Shown here: piece after piece, positions 50,700 through 63,608 of the stretch
How positions within the stretch are numbered: the stretch's first letter is position 1
How the letters are laid out: every line of letters starts with the position of its first letter
Assembly (NCBI GenBank): GCA_028534125.1
Contig: CM052816.1
Span: forward strand, 46,564,001 to 46,628,000
Reading direction: 5' to 3'
DNA: 64,000 nucleotides
From: Lama glama
Lineage: Eukaryota
The notes under the pieces: model-generated
The model's database searches: none
What the model saw: the letters and a program-made list of their open reading frames with translations, nothing else
What the model was told of the DNA's origin: nothing
Position numbers and translations under genes: made by a program

Positions 50700-51920
50700 T
50701 CTTGTTTTCTGACTTCCACTCATATCTTAAATGGGGGTATGAATTCCATCTAATGCAATCCAACCTTTTGCACTGTATCATCCTTTCTCATCTATTTAAG
50801 GTAAGTTTCATCTGTTTAAAGTACAATTTCCCCTTTTCTCCTGCATCACCAATTTACACTAAATCCTTCCCATTCACATACAATTATGCATTAATACCTA
50901 TAAATCTGAAAAAATACATTGACCCCATAGCTCCCTCTGGCTCTATCCTCATTTGTCTGCTTCCTTTAACATGAATCTTTTTGAAAATGGAGTCTCCACT
51001 TTCTGAATCCACTTCCTCCCTTTCCATTATTTCTTGATATACACCCCTAAAACTATAATTGCTCTTGCTAATATTTTCAATGATTTCCAAGTTGTCAAAG
51101 TAAATGATCAATATGGTTTGGAAACACTTTCTTTACCTGACTCTTGGGACATCATTTATCTATTATTCTTTTCCTTTCTCACTGGTACCTACTCATCTCT
51201 TGAAATTTGAATCATTGGAATGTTCTAGGGCATTCTTCAAGGCATTCATCACCTAGGTAATCTCATCCACTGCTGTGGCTTTTAATACCATCTGTGTGCA
51301 ATTACTCAACTTGTAATCACCATCACTAATCTTCCCCTTGAACTCCAGACTCATACAACCAATGCCTATTTAACATGTTCACCCCCGATGTCTTAAAGTA
51401 ATCTCGAGTTTTACTTGCCCAAATGCCAACTTTTGATTCCTCTTCCTCCCTCAAAACCTACAACTTCTTCCAATCTTCTTCATTTCAATAAGTGGCATAG
51501 CTGTGATTTCAGTTGTTTATGCCACAAAACTTAGTGTCATAATAGGCTCTTCTCTTTCACACCATACATTCAATCCATCAATAAATCCCATAAGCTCTAC
51601 CTTTGACATATATCCATAACCAACTACTTCTTAATACCTCTAACACCTTCATTGAAATCACTGTCATCTGTCACCTGTGCTACTTCAATGCGCTCCTAGA
51701 TGCGTCTCTGTGTTTCTAACCATGCCACTCTTGCAGTCTATTCTCCATGCAGTATCCAGTGATCTTTATAAAACATAAATTAAATCATGTCAAAACTTTG
51801 CTGACAACCATCCATTGGCTTCCCATATCACTCAGAATGAGACCCAAAGTCTTACCACAGCCTTAGGACAGTTCCTGGTATATGGTTGACCCTTAGTAGA
51901 TAGCTATTGAATCAGCTAAA
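50700..51920 (+). mobile_element. L2a-like LINE, long fragment
   Basis: 'ctaggtaatctcatccactg...taataccatct...tgaactccagactcat...ctctttcacaccatacattcaatccatca...ccattggcttcccat'. Confidence 0.85.
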
Positions 51921-52756
51921 TGACCTCTCTTAATTGTAAAAATATAGGGTAAGAAGAAGCCATTGTCCCAGGGAAAGTTATACTATGACCTTGGTCTGAT
52001 TTAATGAGCTTTGCTTCTCACTGACATTCTTTGTCATTTAGAGAGAGCCCTAGGGATGGGTTCAACCAATTTAAATAGGGAGACCACAGGCCTTCAGGGA
52101 AGAAAGCTACAAAGATTCTACCACTTATTCTCCAAATTTGAAGTTAGATAAACTGTTAAAATAGACTAAGCTGATTCTGTTCATGGTCTTCTGCTACAAA
52201 GAACACTTGTCCCCAAGCGGGAACTCACTAAAAATGCAAGAGGAGTCTAAGCTAGAGATTTAGCCTTGACGTTAGAGCCCATGTGCTTAGAAAGCAAGGT
52301 TGACTTTAGAGCCAGATGCTCGGAACTGTGTTTTGCTTTGTGGATCACTGACTGAGAAATGATTATAAAATGGCACTCCAACATTAGTGCCCCAGTATAG
52401 GGCACCAGTGATCAGTGCTGAGGCTAGCAAACAGAGGCATATGCATCAGCTTCTGTTGGACTGTGCAACACCAGCCTTCAGCAGAAGAAAATCAGGATGA
52501 CAGTCCACTCTCTGCTCTGTATTTGGAAAAGGAAAAACCTCCTTTAGGACTGAGTAAATACCAGTGTTCTCAGACAACTCCAGAGAATGAGCATACAGTT
52601 AGGAGCAATAGAGATGTCGGCCCAACACAAGAGAAATGCTGCTAATAATGGCAAATTAAGTCTTCAAAATTATTTCTGAAAACAAAGAGAAATATGACTT
52701 TACCTGCATAAAGGGCTGGTGGAGCAAATCAGATCAATTACGTGGACATGTCACAA

Positions 52757-52990
52757 AATGTATCCCAAAGACTATAAATAGAAGCTACCTAAAAAGAATT
52801 TCTATGGCCAAGTTAAGTAGGAAATCACAGGCTTTAATAAATTTAAACAACTTTCTTGACTAGAGGACTTCTCAAAGAGGAAACAGAATAGAATGCAGCA
52901 TTTCCCCAAATGTATGGGATTAGGAAAACCTTCTTTGTAAGGGACATTTCATTAGACTAAAATCCTGGGAATACACTGGAGAAATGCTGC
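52757..52990. mobile_element. hAT-Charlie MITE relic (MER112/Charlie-like)
   Basis: 'aggacttctca...atgcagcatttcccc' and terminal 'acactggagaaatgctg'. Confidence 0.6.
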
Positions 52991-53189
52991 TAAATTTAAA
53001 CCGTTTAGAATGAAATGTATTCTTCAAGAAAGTTTTATTAATGACTTGATCAAACACTTGTGTTTTAGGCCAGTTAGATATGGCAACAGAATTCATACAG
53101 AATAATGTAATAAATGAAAATATTTCATTTTAATTCTATAGGTGTGAAAAAATTAAGTTTTAAACTCCTGAAGATGGGAAGTTTAGAAA

Positions 53190-53400
53190 CGAATGATCTA
53201 CTATGTGTGGCAGGCATAAATTATGCAATTTATAAAGTCCCTCACTTTGTATTCATAGAAACTCCATAAAATGGATACTATTATCTCTACTTTTTATAAA
53301 GAAAGCAAAACTTAGGGTGTTTAAGTGACTTATTAAAAACAATTTAATGTTAGGAGAAGAGTTTGAATCAGGTCATTCCATTGCCAGAAAGTCCAGGACT
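53190..53400 (-). mobile_element. MIR SINE
   Basis: 'ctactatgtgtggcaggca...gatactattatctctactttt...ttaagtgactt...tttgaatcagg'. Confidence 0.65.
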
Positions 53401-54404
53401 GACAGATCGATTGATAGATTGATTCCTTCCTTCCTTTTTTCCTTCCACCACTCCTTCCCTTCTTCCTCTTCATGATGTCTCTCTAAAATTCAACATCAAT
53501 TAAAAATCACCAGTCTCCCCACCAAGGTTCAGCTTTCTGTTATGGGAGAGATACTCTATGTTGGAAATCCGCAACTATTGTGCAAGTTACATGAAAAATG
53601 GGTCCCGTTTTGTGTTAAAGTGATCCATTATTTTATATGGACCACCCTGCACTTCTTATATTCTCTCCAGGCTCTTTTTATTTCATGGGAGAAAAGTTTT
53701 TTTCTCTTAAATTAAAAGCTTCATTTAAATGAAAAATTAATTGTTATTTAAGGGGCAGTTTAAATGCCATTTCAAATCATACACTATTCCTTTACATCCA
53801 AGGCACTCTACATAGAATGTAGACTATTTTTATAACAGTCATTTTTTTCCAGGCCACGTCTCAGTCAGTTGTGTGCTAAGCAGGAAAGCAAAGATTTCGT
53901 GCAGATGTGCTGAGTTACCCCCTGAGACCAGTATTTTGCATTCTTGTTTTAATTCTCCTTTATAACCACACACAGAGTTATTCCAATTGGAAGGTATGAT
54001 GGATCAAGAACTTATATAAATTAAAATAAATTGCTCAAAAGAAGAAAAGAATTAATCTCTTTTATGCCTCTACCTTCTCTCAATTGCCTTTAAAATTGAT
54101 TATGATTTTGTTATTTCATAAGCAAATAGTCTTCTGCCATAAATACAGGTTCTCTTCCCCAGATACAGCTCTGAAATACTACTGTGGTAATAAATCCTGA
54201 CTGTAAAAGTTTGACTTAATAATACGTACCATCTAGCAAATTGAGAAACTTAAATGTTACAAGGCAAAAAGGTGATATACCAACATTGTGGATTCATTCT
54301 CCAGTAAATTTCAATTTTCACTTCCTCTATAGCATCAAGTCAGATCAAGGTTTCTATTGGGATCTTAAACTCAGATATATAAATTCATAAACATAAACAA
54401 ATAA

Positions 54405-54592
54405 ACATTCATCAGTAATTAGGAAAATGCAAATGTAAACAATAATGAGATACTATTTTTATGTGAGGTAATGGAGATATTAACTTGTGCCACTGTGGTA
54501 ATCATTTTGTAATATATGTGTGTCATATCAACATGTTACAACACCTTAAACTTACACAATGTTGTGTCAATTATATCTCAATAAAGCTGGAA
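54405..54592 (+). mobile_element. L1M fragments (ORF2 end plus L1MA-type 3' UTR)
   Basis: 'aattaggaaaatgcaaat...aatgagatact' then 'tgtggtaatcattt...caccttaaacttacacaatgttgtgtcaattatatctcaataaagctgg'. Confidence 0.8.
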
Positions 54593-54609
54593 AGAGAATG
54601 TCTTACTAC

Positions 54610-54846
54610 AATTCAGTTCTTGGTGAGGCCCTGTTCTGGCTTACAGACTGGCACCATCTTGCTATGTGCTCACATGATCTCTTCTCTATTCTCCAGGAGA
54701 GAGCAAGAGCTCCTGTACCTCTTCCTCTTCTCATAAGGGCACTAATCCCATCACAAGGGCCCCATCCTCATGACTTAATCTAAACTTAAGATTTCAATAT
54801 ATAATTTGGACTGGGGAGGGGGGACACAAACATTCAGGCCATGACA
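54610..54846 (-). mobile_element. MLT1A-type MaLR LTR fragment
   Basis: 'ggtgaggccc...ataagggcactaatcccatcac...ctcatgact...ggggacacaaacattcaggccatgaca'. Confidence 0.85.
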
Positions 54847-54849
54847 ATG

Positions 54850-55270
54850 ACGGACAATTCTTGAATATATGTCAATGGAGACACAAACATGCATAATCCC
54901 TGTAGTACTGCTGAGGCTACCAAAATAGATTTAGTTACATATAAGTAACTGTCAAAAAAATAATACTGAGTAAAAAAGGAAAGTAAAAAATCATAAATGC
55001 AGTGATGCAAATAATATTAAACATTTTAAAACAAAAAAGCTATAAATTATTTATGATTTTATATATATATGACATAAAAATGAACCAGAAAGATGCACAG
55101 CAAATTCATAACAGAGATTTCCTGTGGAGACCAGACCAGAAGAGTAGAACAAGATTGACACTGGTGGTTAATGGTAAATAAATATGACAAAATTTTAGTA
55201 ATTGTTAGTTATGAAAATGGTGTTCTATTATTCTACATTTTTTTAAAAATTTACATTTTTAAGTACTTTT
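54850..55270 (+). mobile_element. Old L1ME-type 3' fragment
   Basis: 'aataatactgagtaaaaaagg...aatatgacaaaat...tgttctattattct'. Confidence 0.5.
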
Positions 55271-55619
55271 TAAATAATTATATTATTAGCATTTAGGTAC
55301 GTTATGTTTGGTAACAAATTACTAACTGCACTGGCTCTCAGAAGGTTGGAGGAGGTGATGTTATCTTTACCATGGTTAGGGTAATTGCAGTTTATGTTTG
55401 AATAATAACGAGAATTGTTTAACAGGACTGGTAATTATATACTGGATGTTCCAATGAAATATTTACCCAGTTTGGATGTTGACAAGACATTTTCAGATAT
55501 AAAAAACTTGTGAAAATTTAGACTATAATATGCGAAGGCCACTAGTTGGCATTAGTAACGTGTTACATGATTGCATTGATCGCAATATGGGTAAAAAGTA
55601 GTGTAATCACACCCAATAC

Positions 55620-55760
55620 TGAGCAACCTGAGGGAAGATTACAGTGTGACTGGAAGATAGAAAATGTTGTTTTTATTCAAAGAAAATGCAGGCACGAATT
55701 CTAAACTAAACCACCAATGGATTTAGCCACTTGAGTTGCAAAACAAGCTTGAGATCACGG
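55620..55760 (+). mobile_element. Possible CR1/L3-like reverse transcriptase relic
   Basis: 55648-55686 translates DWKIENVVFIQRK, resembling CR1 'DWKxANVxPIFKKG'; disrupted on both sides. Confidence 0.35.
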
Positions 55761-56029
55761 ATATTTGTCAGAAAAACGTGCAAAATGAAGGAGGAATTAG
55801 AGAAATACGGATGTATGTGGATGAATAATGCACCTTTCTAAAAACTCCAGCTAAGTGGGATAAATATTTCGAACCTATGCTTTTCTAAGCAGCACACTCA
55901 GAGAATCTACTGTCAAAATTTTAGAATTAGATAATGGTGACCACTGGTACTTTATTAAGACATATTAAATAGTAATTCATTTTTCATCTGAGGCATGTAT
56001 GTATGATGAATATGTCCTTGCCAAAACCA

Positions 56030-57060
56030 ACTGCATTAGCTCAGGCCTCATCATTTGTTACCTGCTTATCTATCAGTTTACCCACCTCTTCCAGTTTCAA
56101 CCCACTTTTTAAAACTCGTCCACTCCAACATCATTGAAATTCTGGTTACATCAGTCCCTGCAATGAGCTCGCCCTACTGACTTGGAAACAGTTCCTCTAA
56201 GAATAGTTGAGTAACAAAAGCAAGATGAAGAAAAATATACAAAGTATTCTTTCATAAAGCAATGGCCAAATAGTTCTGTGTATGGATATTGAATACTTGA
56301 ATGTGATTATATAACACACATACTTGAATATGATTATATAACCAAGGAGAAAACAAGTAAAGGATATGAAATAAATGTTAACATGACTTGGGGAGGGAAA
56401 GAGATGGATAGGGAAGGCGGAGAAGATGGAGAGGAGAGAGAAGAGTGGGAGGGAGGACCCAATTAAAAAGGAAAAGGAAAATACAGTATGTATATGATCA
56501 CCTTTATCCATGTTAGTATATATATAGTAAGTGTGTAATGTTTTTAAATAAACACTTGAAAAGCAAAACGATGATTATAACTTCCCATTATCTGTAGAAA
56601 GAAGTTGAAACTCTTTGGCATAAAACAGAGCCTTTCCAATCCCCAAATTCATATCTCACAACCACACCAGCCTATGTACCAGCTGTCCTGCTTCTTCACT
56701 GTTCCAGCCAAACTCTCCCTTTCTTACCTTGACACACCAGTGTGCCTCTGGAATGCCCCTTCCTCCTTTCTCCCCATGGAAGCTCTACCTCCACTCCAGA
56801 TCCAGTTCAAATGTCCTTTGTGAAGCCTTTATTAAATTCAAATACTCTGTCTTTTGTGCCCTTAGGTCTTTGTAGATCCTTCTATTATGATGTTAAATTG
56901 TATTGTTATTACTTTTGGACATATTTGAGATACGATTCTCTCACTAGACAGTTCCATGAGGAAAAGTACCATACACTAAATTTTTGTACATCAAACACCT
57001 AGGATAATACTAGCATTTAGAAGATGGTAAACATTTTTTGTTAAATTAATGGATTGATTG
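56030..57060 (+). mobile_element. L2 LINE fragments interrupted by an unrelated insert (about 56200-56600)
   Basis: 'tcaggcctcatcattt' ... 'ctctggaatgccc...cagttcaaatgtc...cactagac...ttccatgagg...cacctaggat'. Confidence 0.6.
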
Positions 57061-57200
57061 GCTTCCATGTGATTTTACATTTTTTAAATGATGCAAATAT
57101 TTTTGCTTATTGTGTGTCAAGTTTAAGCATTTAAATCTCCATTAAAAAATGAGTTTTATTCTGGTTAATAGCCATGTTTTACACATATTTTACACTAGCC

Positions 57201-58273
57201 TGTGTAACAAGGTGTTAGGAAGGGATCCTTTCTGTCTAAGTTTTGAGGGATGACCCCCAAATTAAGAACAAAACAACAGGTGGCATGTTCTCCCATTTTC
57301 CAAAATGAGGCACTATTCCTCCCACACAAGACTTGAAAGAAGGGGGACTACAGCCACTTGGTGACCCAACATCCACCTCAAGGCTCTCAAAGAGTTGAAA
57401 CTGAGGGGACTGAAAGAATGAAAGAATTTCTCCAGAGAAAGTTGTTGGAAACTGTAACAATTTTCCATCTCCCTCATCTACGAGAGAGGCTTTAAGATCA
57501 CCTCTCAGAGAGGCTGACGTTTATTCTTGAAAGCCTGGAGGTCAGAGAGGACAAATGTTCAGTCCACTCTTAAGAAATGTCAGGCAACAGACTCTGGAGC
57601 TGGAGCTGCCTGCTTGGTGACAGGGCAAAGAGATCCAGCCGTCCTTGGACCAGCAGCACTCCTGACAACGAGGCAGAGTTTTGTGGTTCTATGGACTAAA
57701 TGGGGGCCCTTTAGATGGGAGCTGGCTCAGGGGTTCTTTTGAAAGAATTCTTTCTAGGGATGAGGCAACCTTAGCCTAGAGAAGCTATGGGGTCTTAACT
57801 GATGCTGAAGTTGAGCAATTAAAGCCTTCAAGCAGAAGAGAGGTGACTGGATGGGATGGCTCTGGGGAGAGAATCTCAGAGGAACTCACAAAAGTGTCCC
57901 ACAGGTCAGCTGTACACACACCACGAACCAACAAAGATGGCTGACATACCCATCCCATGCCTCTTGTCCCTCCTGCTCCAGTAAGGAAAGGTGAAACTCC
58001 AGACCTGGTGGTGAGGGGATCCAGGACATGTCCTCATTGGCAGCAGGACGAAAGTGGGGATGAAGGAGCTCATTTTAATCACTTAAATGGGATTGTTATT
58101 ATGACTATACATGACTGGAGTACTTCTTTTATTATACAAGAAATGAATGAAAAAGCTATGGAGCACAACTAAGATTTCAACTCGAGGTGGGGAAAGAACA
58201 AATCCATAGGAAGGTTTGAATTTAACATGTTGTAGTTGTTCAAACAAACTGGTTGTGCATGTTATTTTACACA
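57201..58273. mobile_element. Ancient ~1.07-kb solo LTR (MamGypLTR/LTR78-like)
   Basis: Perfect 7-bp inverted termini TGTGTAA...TTACACA bounding a GC-elevated block in AT-rich flanks; no TSD visible. Confidence 0.5.
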
Positions 58274-58599
58274 ACAGGAACAGAATGAGAAATATGTATT
58301 AAGCTGAATATATTTATTGCCACTACTTGGGGGAAAAAAAACCTCAAGTGCGTGCTTGGCTCTGAGAGAAATATTGGATCATTGTTATTTTGAAGGCCAA
58401 CATGAGAGTAAATCGCCTATTTCATTTTATATAAATATATATATATATATTTCAACCATATATTATTAATTTTGTGATTGAAACTCACAATTAAATCACT
58501 GCAGTAATTCTAACATGAAAAAAAATCTTAACTGCATACAGAATTTCAAATGGTCATACAAAATAAGATATTCTCATTGTCCAACAGAATAATTAACAG

Positions 58600-58790
58600 A
58601 ATACTTTTAGAAATATTTTTCCTGCTATATTAATTCCCTGCATGTCAGGTATAGTAGTAGGCTGACTGGGGGAAACAAAGATGAACAAGACCACATCCTT
58701 CTTACCAAGAAGTTCACAGCCAGGAAGGAAGACATACACCTAGACAAAAAATGCCAGCCCCTGGGCTAGTGAAGGACTTTGTCAGATCAC
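58600..58790 (-). mobile_element. L2 LINE 3' end
   Basis: 'atgtcaggt...gggaaacaaagatgaacaagac...gttcacagcc'. Confidence 0.65.
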
Positions 58791-59400
58791 ATCTAGACCA
58801 TTCATTATAGTGCCACCTAACCGTGTGTGTGTGTCCTGCCTCTAGACTCATGCCTTTGTGCCCATCTACATTAATTTCTAAAATAAAGCGAATATGACAG
58901 TGTCATACACTTGCACTGAATGCTCTACTGGCTTCTGGTAACTTCAATGTTAAGTTCAAGTACTTTAATCTGAGATGGTCTTCATAATCTGCCCCCTAAC
59001 TATTTCTCCAGTCTCCCTTTTAAATAGTCCCCTTTTGTTAACCTTACACGCCAATGCTTCAAACTATACCACACTGTTTCACACCTCTGAGCCTTTGTCC
59101 ATGCTGTCCTTTCTACCTGGGATTCCTTAGCTATCTCATCTGCCTCCAAAACTGAGTTCATTCTCTGAAACCCTGCTAAGATACGCACCTCTTCTGTGAG
59201 GCCCTTCGTGCCCATCCCTCTTTCTGAACTAATTGCATCCTCATACAAAATAATAATTCCCTTTTGTAACGATACTTCTAAAATGGCATATGTGTTATTG
59301 GTCAAAAAACATTCACTCAGAAGCGTATCTTTATCTCTAGAGTAGTAAGCACCTGGTACGGTGGCTGGAACTTGTGGAAAATGAACAATGAACAATGAAG
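58791..59400 (+). mobile_element. L2 LINE 3' fragment
   Basis: 'cacctctgagcctttgtccatgctgtcctttctacctgg...cacctcttctgtgaggccctt...gcacctggtacgg'. Confidence 0.75.
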
Positions 59401-59430
59401 TAACTAAACCAAGCTGAATTTGGTCCAGTT

Positions 59431-59570
59431 ATTTGGGTTTATATTTTTAGGGGGGAGGTAATTAGGTTTGTTTGTTTGTTTGTTTATTTAAATGGCAGTA
59501 CTGGGTATTGAACCCAGGGCCTTGGGTATGCTAGGCACACACTCTACCACTGAGCTATACTCTCCATTCC
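59431..59570 (-). mobile_element. tRNA-derived SINE (camelid vic-1-like), long form
   Basis: Antisense A box tagctcagtggtaga, B box gggttcaatacc, (AAAC)n linker, 'cctaattacctcccc' tail; TSD ttggtccagtt 59420-59430 / ttggttcagtt 59571-59581. Confidence 0.92.
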
Positions 59571-60527
59571 TTGGTTCAGTTGGATGATGATATTTATATT
59601 TACTGACAGTGATTAGGGGCCATATCTCGGGTCTCAAATGGAAAGTTGCTAAAAAGCTCTTCTAATTGACTGATTCTTAAGAACTAAAAAATGAGGCAAA
59701 CTGGAGAATTAGCTGGCTCACTCTGTGAATCAGGCTCAGGATTTATGGGATGGAAACTGAGAAGTTATGAGACGTTCAGAGGGTCCAAGTCCTATTAGGA
59801 CTTGGGGATTGGAAGAAACAATTAGCTAACACTACTGAGAAGTCAAACAAGCAATCCCGGCAGCCTGGTACGACATTTATCTGAACTTTGTTTCTACTTG
59901 AGATGCCATTTGTTTTTTCATATGGCTTCCATGCCCCTCTATTTTTTCCTAAGGCATAATCATGTTTAGAGACCCTGTAATAAAAAGATTAGATAAATAA
60001 TAACAATGACTGCTTTTCACTTATTGGAAATTCACACAGTTTATGTAAGTGTATAAATGTCAGGAAGAATTACTAGCCAAAGGCACCCTGCTCTCAATTC
60101 CTTAGTACCTATCTTTTCTTCCTTGATTACATTTTAAAAAACAAAGACTAAAGACTTGGACTTTTCCTCATAATTTTTATTATTCCTGAATATAACTGAA
60201 GAGGAATTATGTAAGTTAGTTTTTTCCATAGCACTACAATCACATCTTCATTTTTACTATCCATCATTGTGATTAATGGTTCCTCATCTCCACCAGAACC
60301 ACCATCCTTATCAGTTGAACATTTTTAGGATCTGCTTATCCCAGAGACCAAACAAAGTTGGTTGATGTACACGCTCCTTAGTTTTTGCAGCTCACATACA
60401 CAAATAAGAAATCTCGTCCATCTGGACATGGACCATGATCCTAGCTCTACATATCCCAAGAGGCAAGGTACTGAACCACCTACTCCAAGCTAACTGAGCG
60501 CCTGAAGCCTAACTGTAGTTCCTGACC

Positions 60528-61140
60528 ATTCACTCATTCAATAAACACTTAGTGAGTTTCTACTGAGGGTCAAGTACTAAACTATACTTTATAAACACTT
60601 ACACAAAGAACACCCACTGCCTTCAGGGAGCACCATACAGAATCCACAGAAAAATGTCAATACCTGAGGCAAACGCTGTGTCAGAAGAAGGAGCCAAGAG
60701 GGGGAAGTCTCCCAGGAGGCACCGTAGAAGAGGTCATGTTTAAGTAAGTTTGGAAGGATAAGTAAGAGTTAGGCCAAATCATGGGGAAGGGACTACTAAG
60801 CAGCAAGAACCACAGACGCTGAAACATGAAAGCACGAGCCTGGCAGTGCTTTTACAGACCTTCAGGCTTTAGATGCTGCTGGAGCCTGGGGTGTGTGTGA
60901 TGGTGTAGGGAGAGATGAAGCCGGACTAGCAGGCAGGCCCTGATGGTCAACAGCTTCTCAGGTCTTGTTTAGACTCTGCCCTAAAGGCAATGAGGAGACA
61001 CATCAGAAACTTCACCAGGCAAGTGGCTGGGTCAGATTGGTGTTTTGGAAAAATCACTCTGGTCAAAGTACAAAGGAGGCAGGAGAACCAGTAAGAGAGT
61101 TAGTGCAGTAATTCAGGTGAGATAGAGAATCCTGAGACAT
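60528..61140 (-). mobile_element. L2 LINE 3' fragment
   Basis: 'cattcactcattcaataaacacttagtgag...aaggataagtaagagttaggcc...ggcaatgaggag...tcagatt...aaatcactctgg...gtaattcaggtgaga'. Confidence 0.85.
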
Positions 61141-63144
61141 GAGCTGTTTGGGATGGAAGGTGCTGAGGTCGTGATGGGGTGAGCTGAGAGAGGAAATTGC
61201 TAGAAAACCGACTGGAGCAGACACAGTTAATACAGTTTACCCTCCCAGCCAGCCCTAGTTTCCATCTAAACTGCATGCTCTCCCTGTAAGCAGTAAACTA
61301 TTCGGTGCACCCCAAGCCTGCTGCTAGCTCCAGACCTTCTGTTTTGCCGTTCTGTAGTAATACACCTGGCTGATGAGTTTGTGCTGTGCCTGAATTATTC
61401 ACGCTGCAAAATTTGCTTTTAGAATTTCAAAAACGTTTGATTTAGCCTTAAATCACAGCAGAAACTCTGTCCTAGTTGTCTTGCTTCCTGGGAAGTCTAG
61501 TGGGACAGTGAAAAAAGAGTCATGGAAATCTTTCTCCAGGGGTGTGTGTATTAGCCAGAGCTCCATGGGCCATAACAAGGTAAGGGCAGGAGAGGGAGGA
61601 GCTAGCCTTCTCTTTGGGGGTACCCAGAGGTGAAGAACTGTGGTCCATGGTGTTTAGGTTTGGTCTGCCAATATATAGAAAATTAACAGGTGATTACACA
61701 GCTTTGAAAATTATGCCAGAAAGTCCTTTGCCATGATTTCTTATGGGAAAATTATTTTTGATAAATGCATTTTTGGATTATTCATCCTTCTCCAATAATA
61801 ATTCTGTCACATATGTCAAGGAGTTACTATACATGTGTCTAGAAATAAGAGGGGGAAAGATCTAAACTAGAGATATCCAAATATAACTTTAAAAAAAATA
61901 AAACAAAGCAATGGATTTTTTTAAATCCTATACTCTAATTTTTAACATGTGAACAAAGTATTGCCTCTAACTCTATCTTAAAGGTGAATGGCCGAAAATA
62001 TTAATGGATGTGGGTGCCAAATATTCTAAATAATGGGCTCTGGTAAACAAATAAGCTTGTTGTGGTTTTTATTTAATGATCAAAAGCCAAACTGTCACTA
62101 TGTAACATTTTCTTATGTGAATGGATGCACAAAGTTCAGCCATTCAGACACTTCACAAATTCCAATTTCCAAATTAATTTTAAAACTGTGAAATGTTTTA
62201 AATATGATTAACACCAAACTTGTGATTCCACAACCCCTCAAAAAAGAGAACACTTCATTAAGCTTGATTTAACAGGCAAACTTTAAGTGATAAGATTTTA
62301 AATGTTTATGATTCTACTCAGAGTATTAAGAATTAAACTAAAGAAATTATACCAAGCACTAGTTCATTAAAAGTGTTATTTTAATTTCTAAACATGTATT
62401 ATATAAAAAACAAGGAATACGTACAATGATTTCAATTGGCATACTAGAAAAATGCTGAGTTAAGTATTGCTTTCTGTTCATAAAACCCCAAAATGTAAAT
62501 GTATTTTATATCTTCATAAAATCACCTTATACAAAAGGTCAATATGAAGTAACACAAGAAATCAGCACATTTTTCCACCCCTTGATAGTAGCGACTAGAA
62601 ATAGAATTCTTAAAAAAAATTAAATAACATAAAACTGGCTTCTTAGTTAGCAACTTTAGAGTTTCCCGGTCTGTTATGTGGTTGGACTATTGCTGGCTTG
62701 TCTGGGTTGGGTTGACCACCCATCTAGCACTCAGTCCACATGCCCAGTTTTGTGGGTGTCTTTCTGTTCTCATGTTTTTAAAGTCATGTTTGAGTTTTCA
62801 CTGACCTCCTGTTATGGTGACCTTTGAAGCAAAAACATTACTACTCCCCCCATGGGCTATGTGTGATGTTGTAAATGTGAATTAAGTATTGGGCAGACGG
62901 AATTTTTTTTTTTAAAGGCTAAAAATCCATGTAGGAGGCCAAACCAGCTGGGGAAAAATGCAAAACTCTAAATTGCAGACTTCTGAGAATTTCCCGGGAG
63001 CTGCACATCATTTCCACATTTTGAAAAGAATGGAGTAAAAAGTTTTACAAAACAGAGACTGATAAAACAAGCAGTGGAAAGGAAGAGAAATGTAATTCAT
63101 TTATTGAAAACAAAAAAAGATAATGTTTTGAAAAGTATATTTTA

Positions 63145-63287
63145 GGAGGGAAGTTATAGCTCAGTGGTAGCTTAGCATGCACAAGGTCCTGGGTTCAATC
63201 CCCAATATCATAAATAAACAAATAAATAAATAAATCTAATTTCCCCCCCAAAAAAGAAAAAAAATTAAAAATTAAATAAAATGACTT
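63145..63287 (+). mobile_element. tRNA-derived SINE (camelid vic-1-like), long form with small internal deletion
   Basis: A box tagctcagtggta, B box gggttcaatccc, (TAAA)n, A-rich tail; perfect 14-bp TSD aaaagtatatttta 63131-63144 / 63288-63301. Confidence 0.93.
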
Positions 63288-63457
63288 AAAAGTATATTTT
63301 ATATAGAATTACAACAATGCCTGGATGTATCGAAGTGGTACTACATGGCTTCCTAGGGCAACTAGAATTTGGTCCCAGCTTACAAATGACACAGGAAGAG
63401 GCTCAGAAACTGCCTCCTCCCATAGAGGCTTTGGGAGGAGAACAAAGTGGGATTTCT

Positions 63458-63608
63458 TTCTTTTTTTTTTTTTTCTTTTTTTTTTTTCTGTGGGGGGAGA
63501 GGTAATTAGGTTTATTTATTTATTTTTAATGGAGGTACCAGGGATTGAACCCAGGACCCTATGCTTGCTAAGCATGTGCTCTACCACTGAGCTATATTCT
63601 ACCCCCAC
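63458..63608 (-). mobile_element. tRNA-derived SINE (camelid vic-1-like), long form
   Basis: Antisense A/B boxes, long poly-T; perfect 13-bp TSD aagtgggatttct 63445-63457 / 63609-63621. Confidence 0.93.

Noticed and set aside
50770..50806. Plus-strand pyrimidine tract + AAG|GTAAGT (second recursive-site-like motif)
   Set aside because: Lies in or at the edge of a pyrimidine-rich L2 relic and the tract is A-interrupted; treated as the chance background for the 44219 site
63145..63205. tRNA gene (A and B boxes present; also at 45.2, 59.5 and 63.6 kb)
   Set aside because: A-rich tails, TSDs and divergence between copies identify these as SINEs, not functional tRNAs
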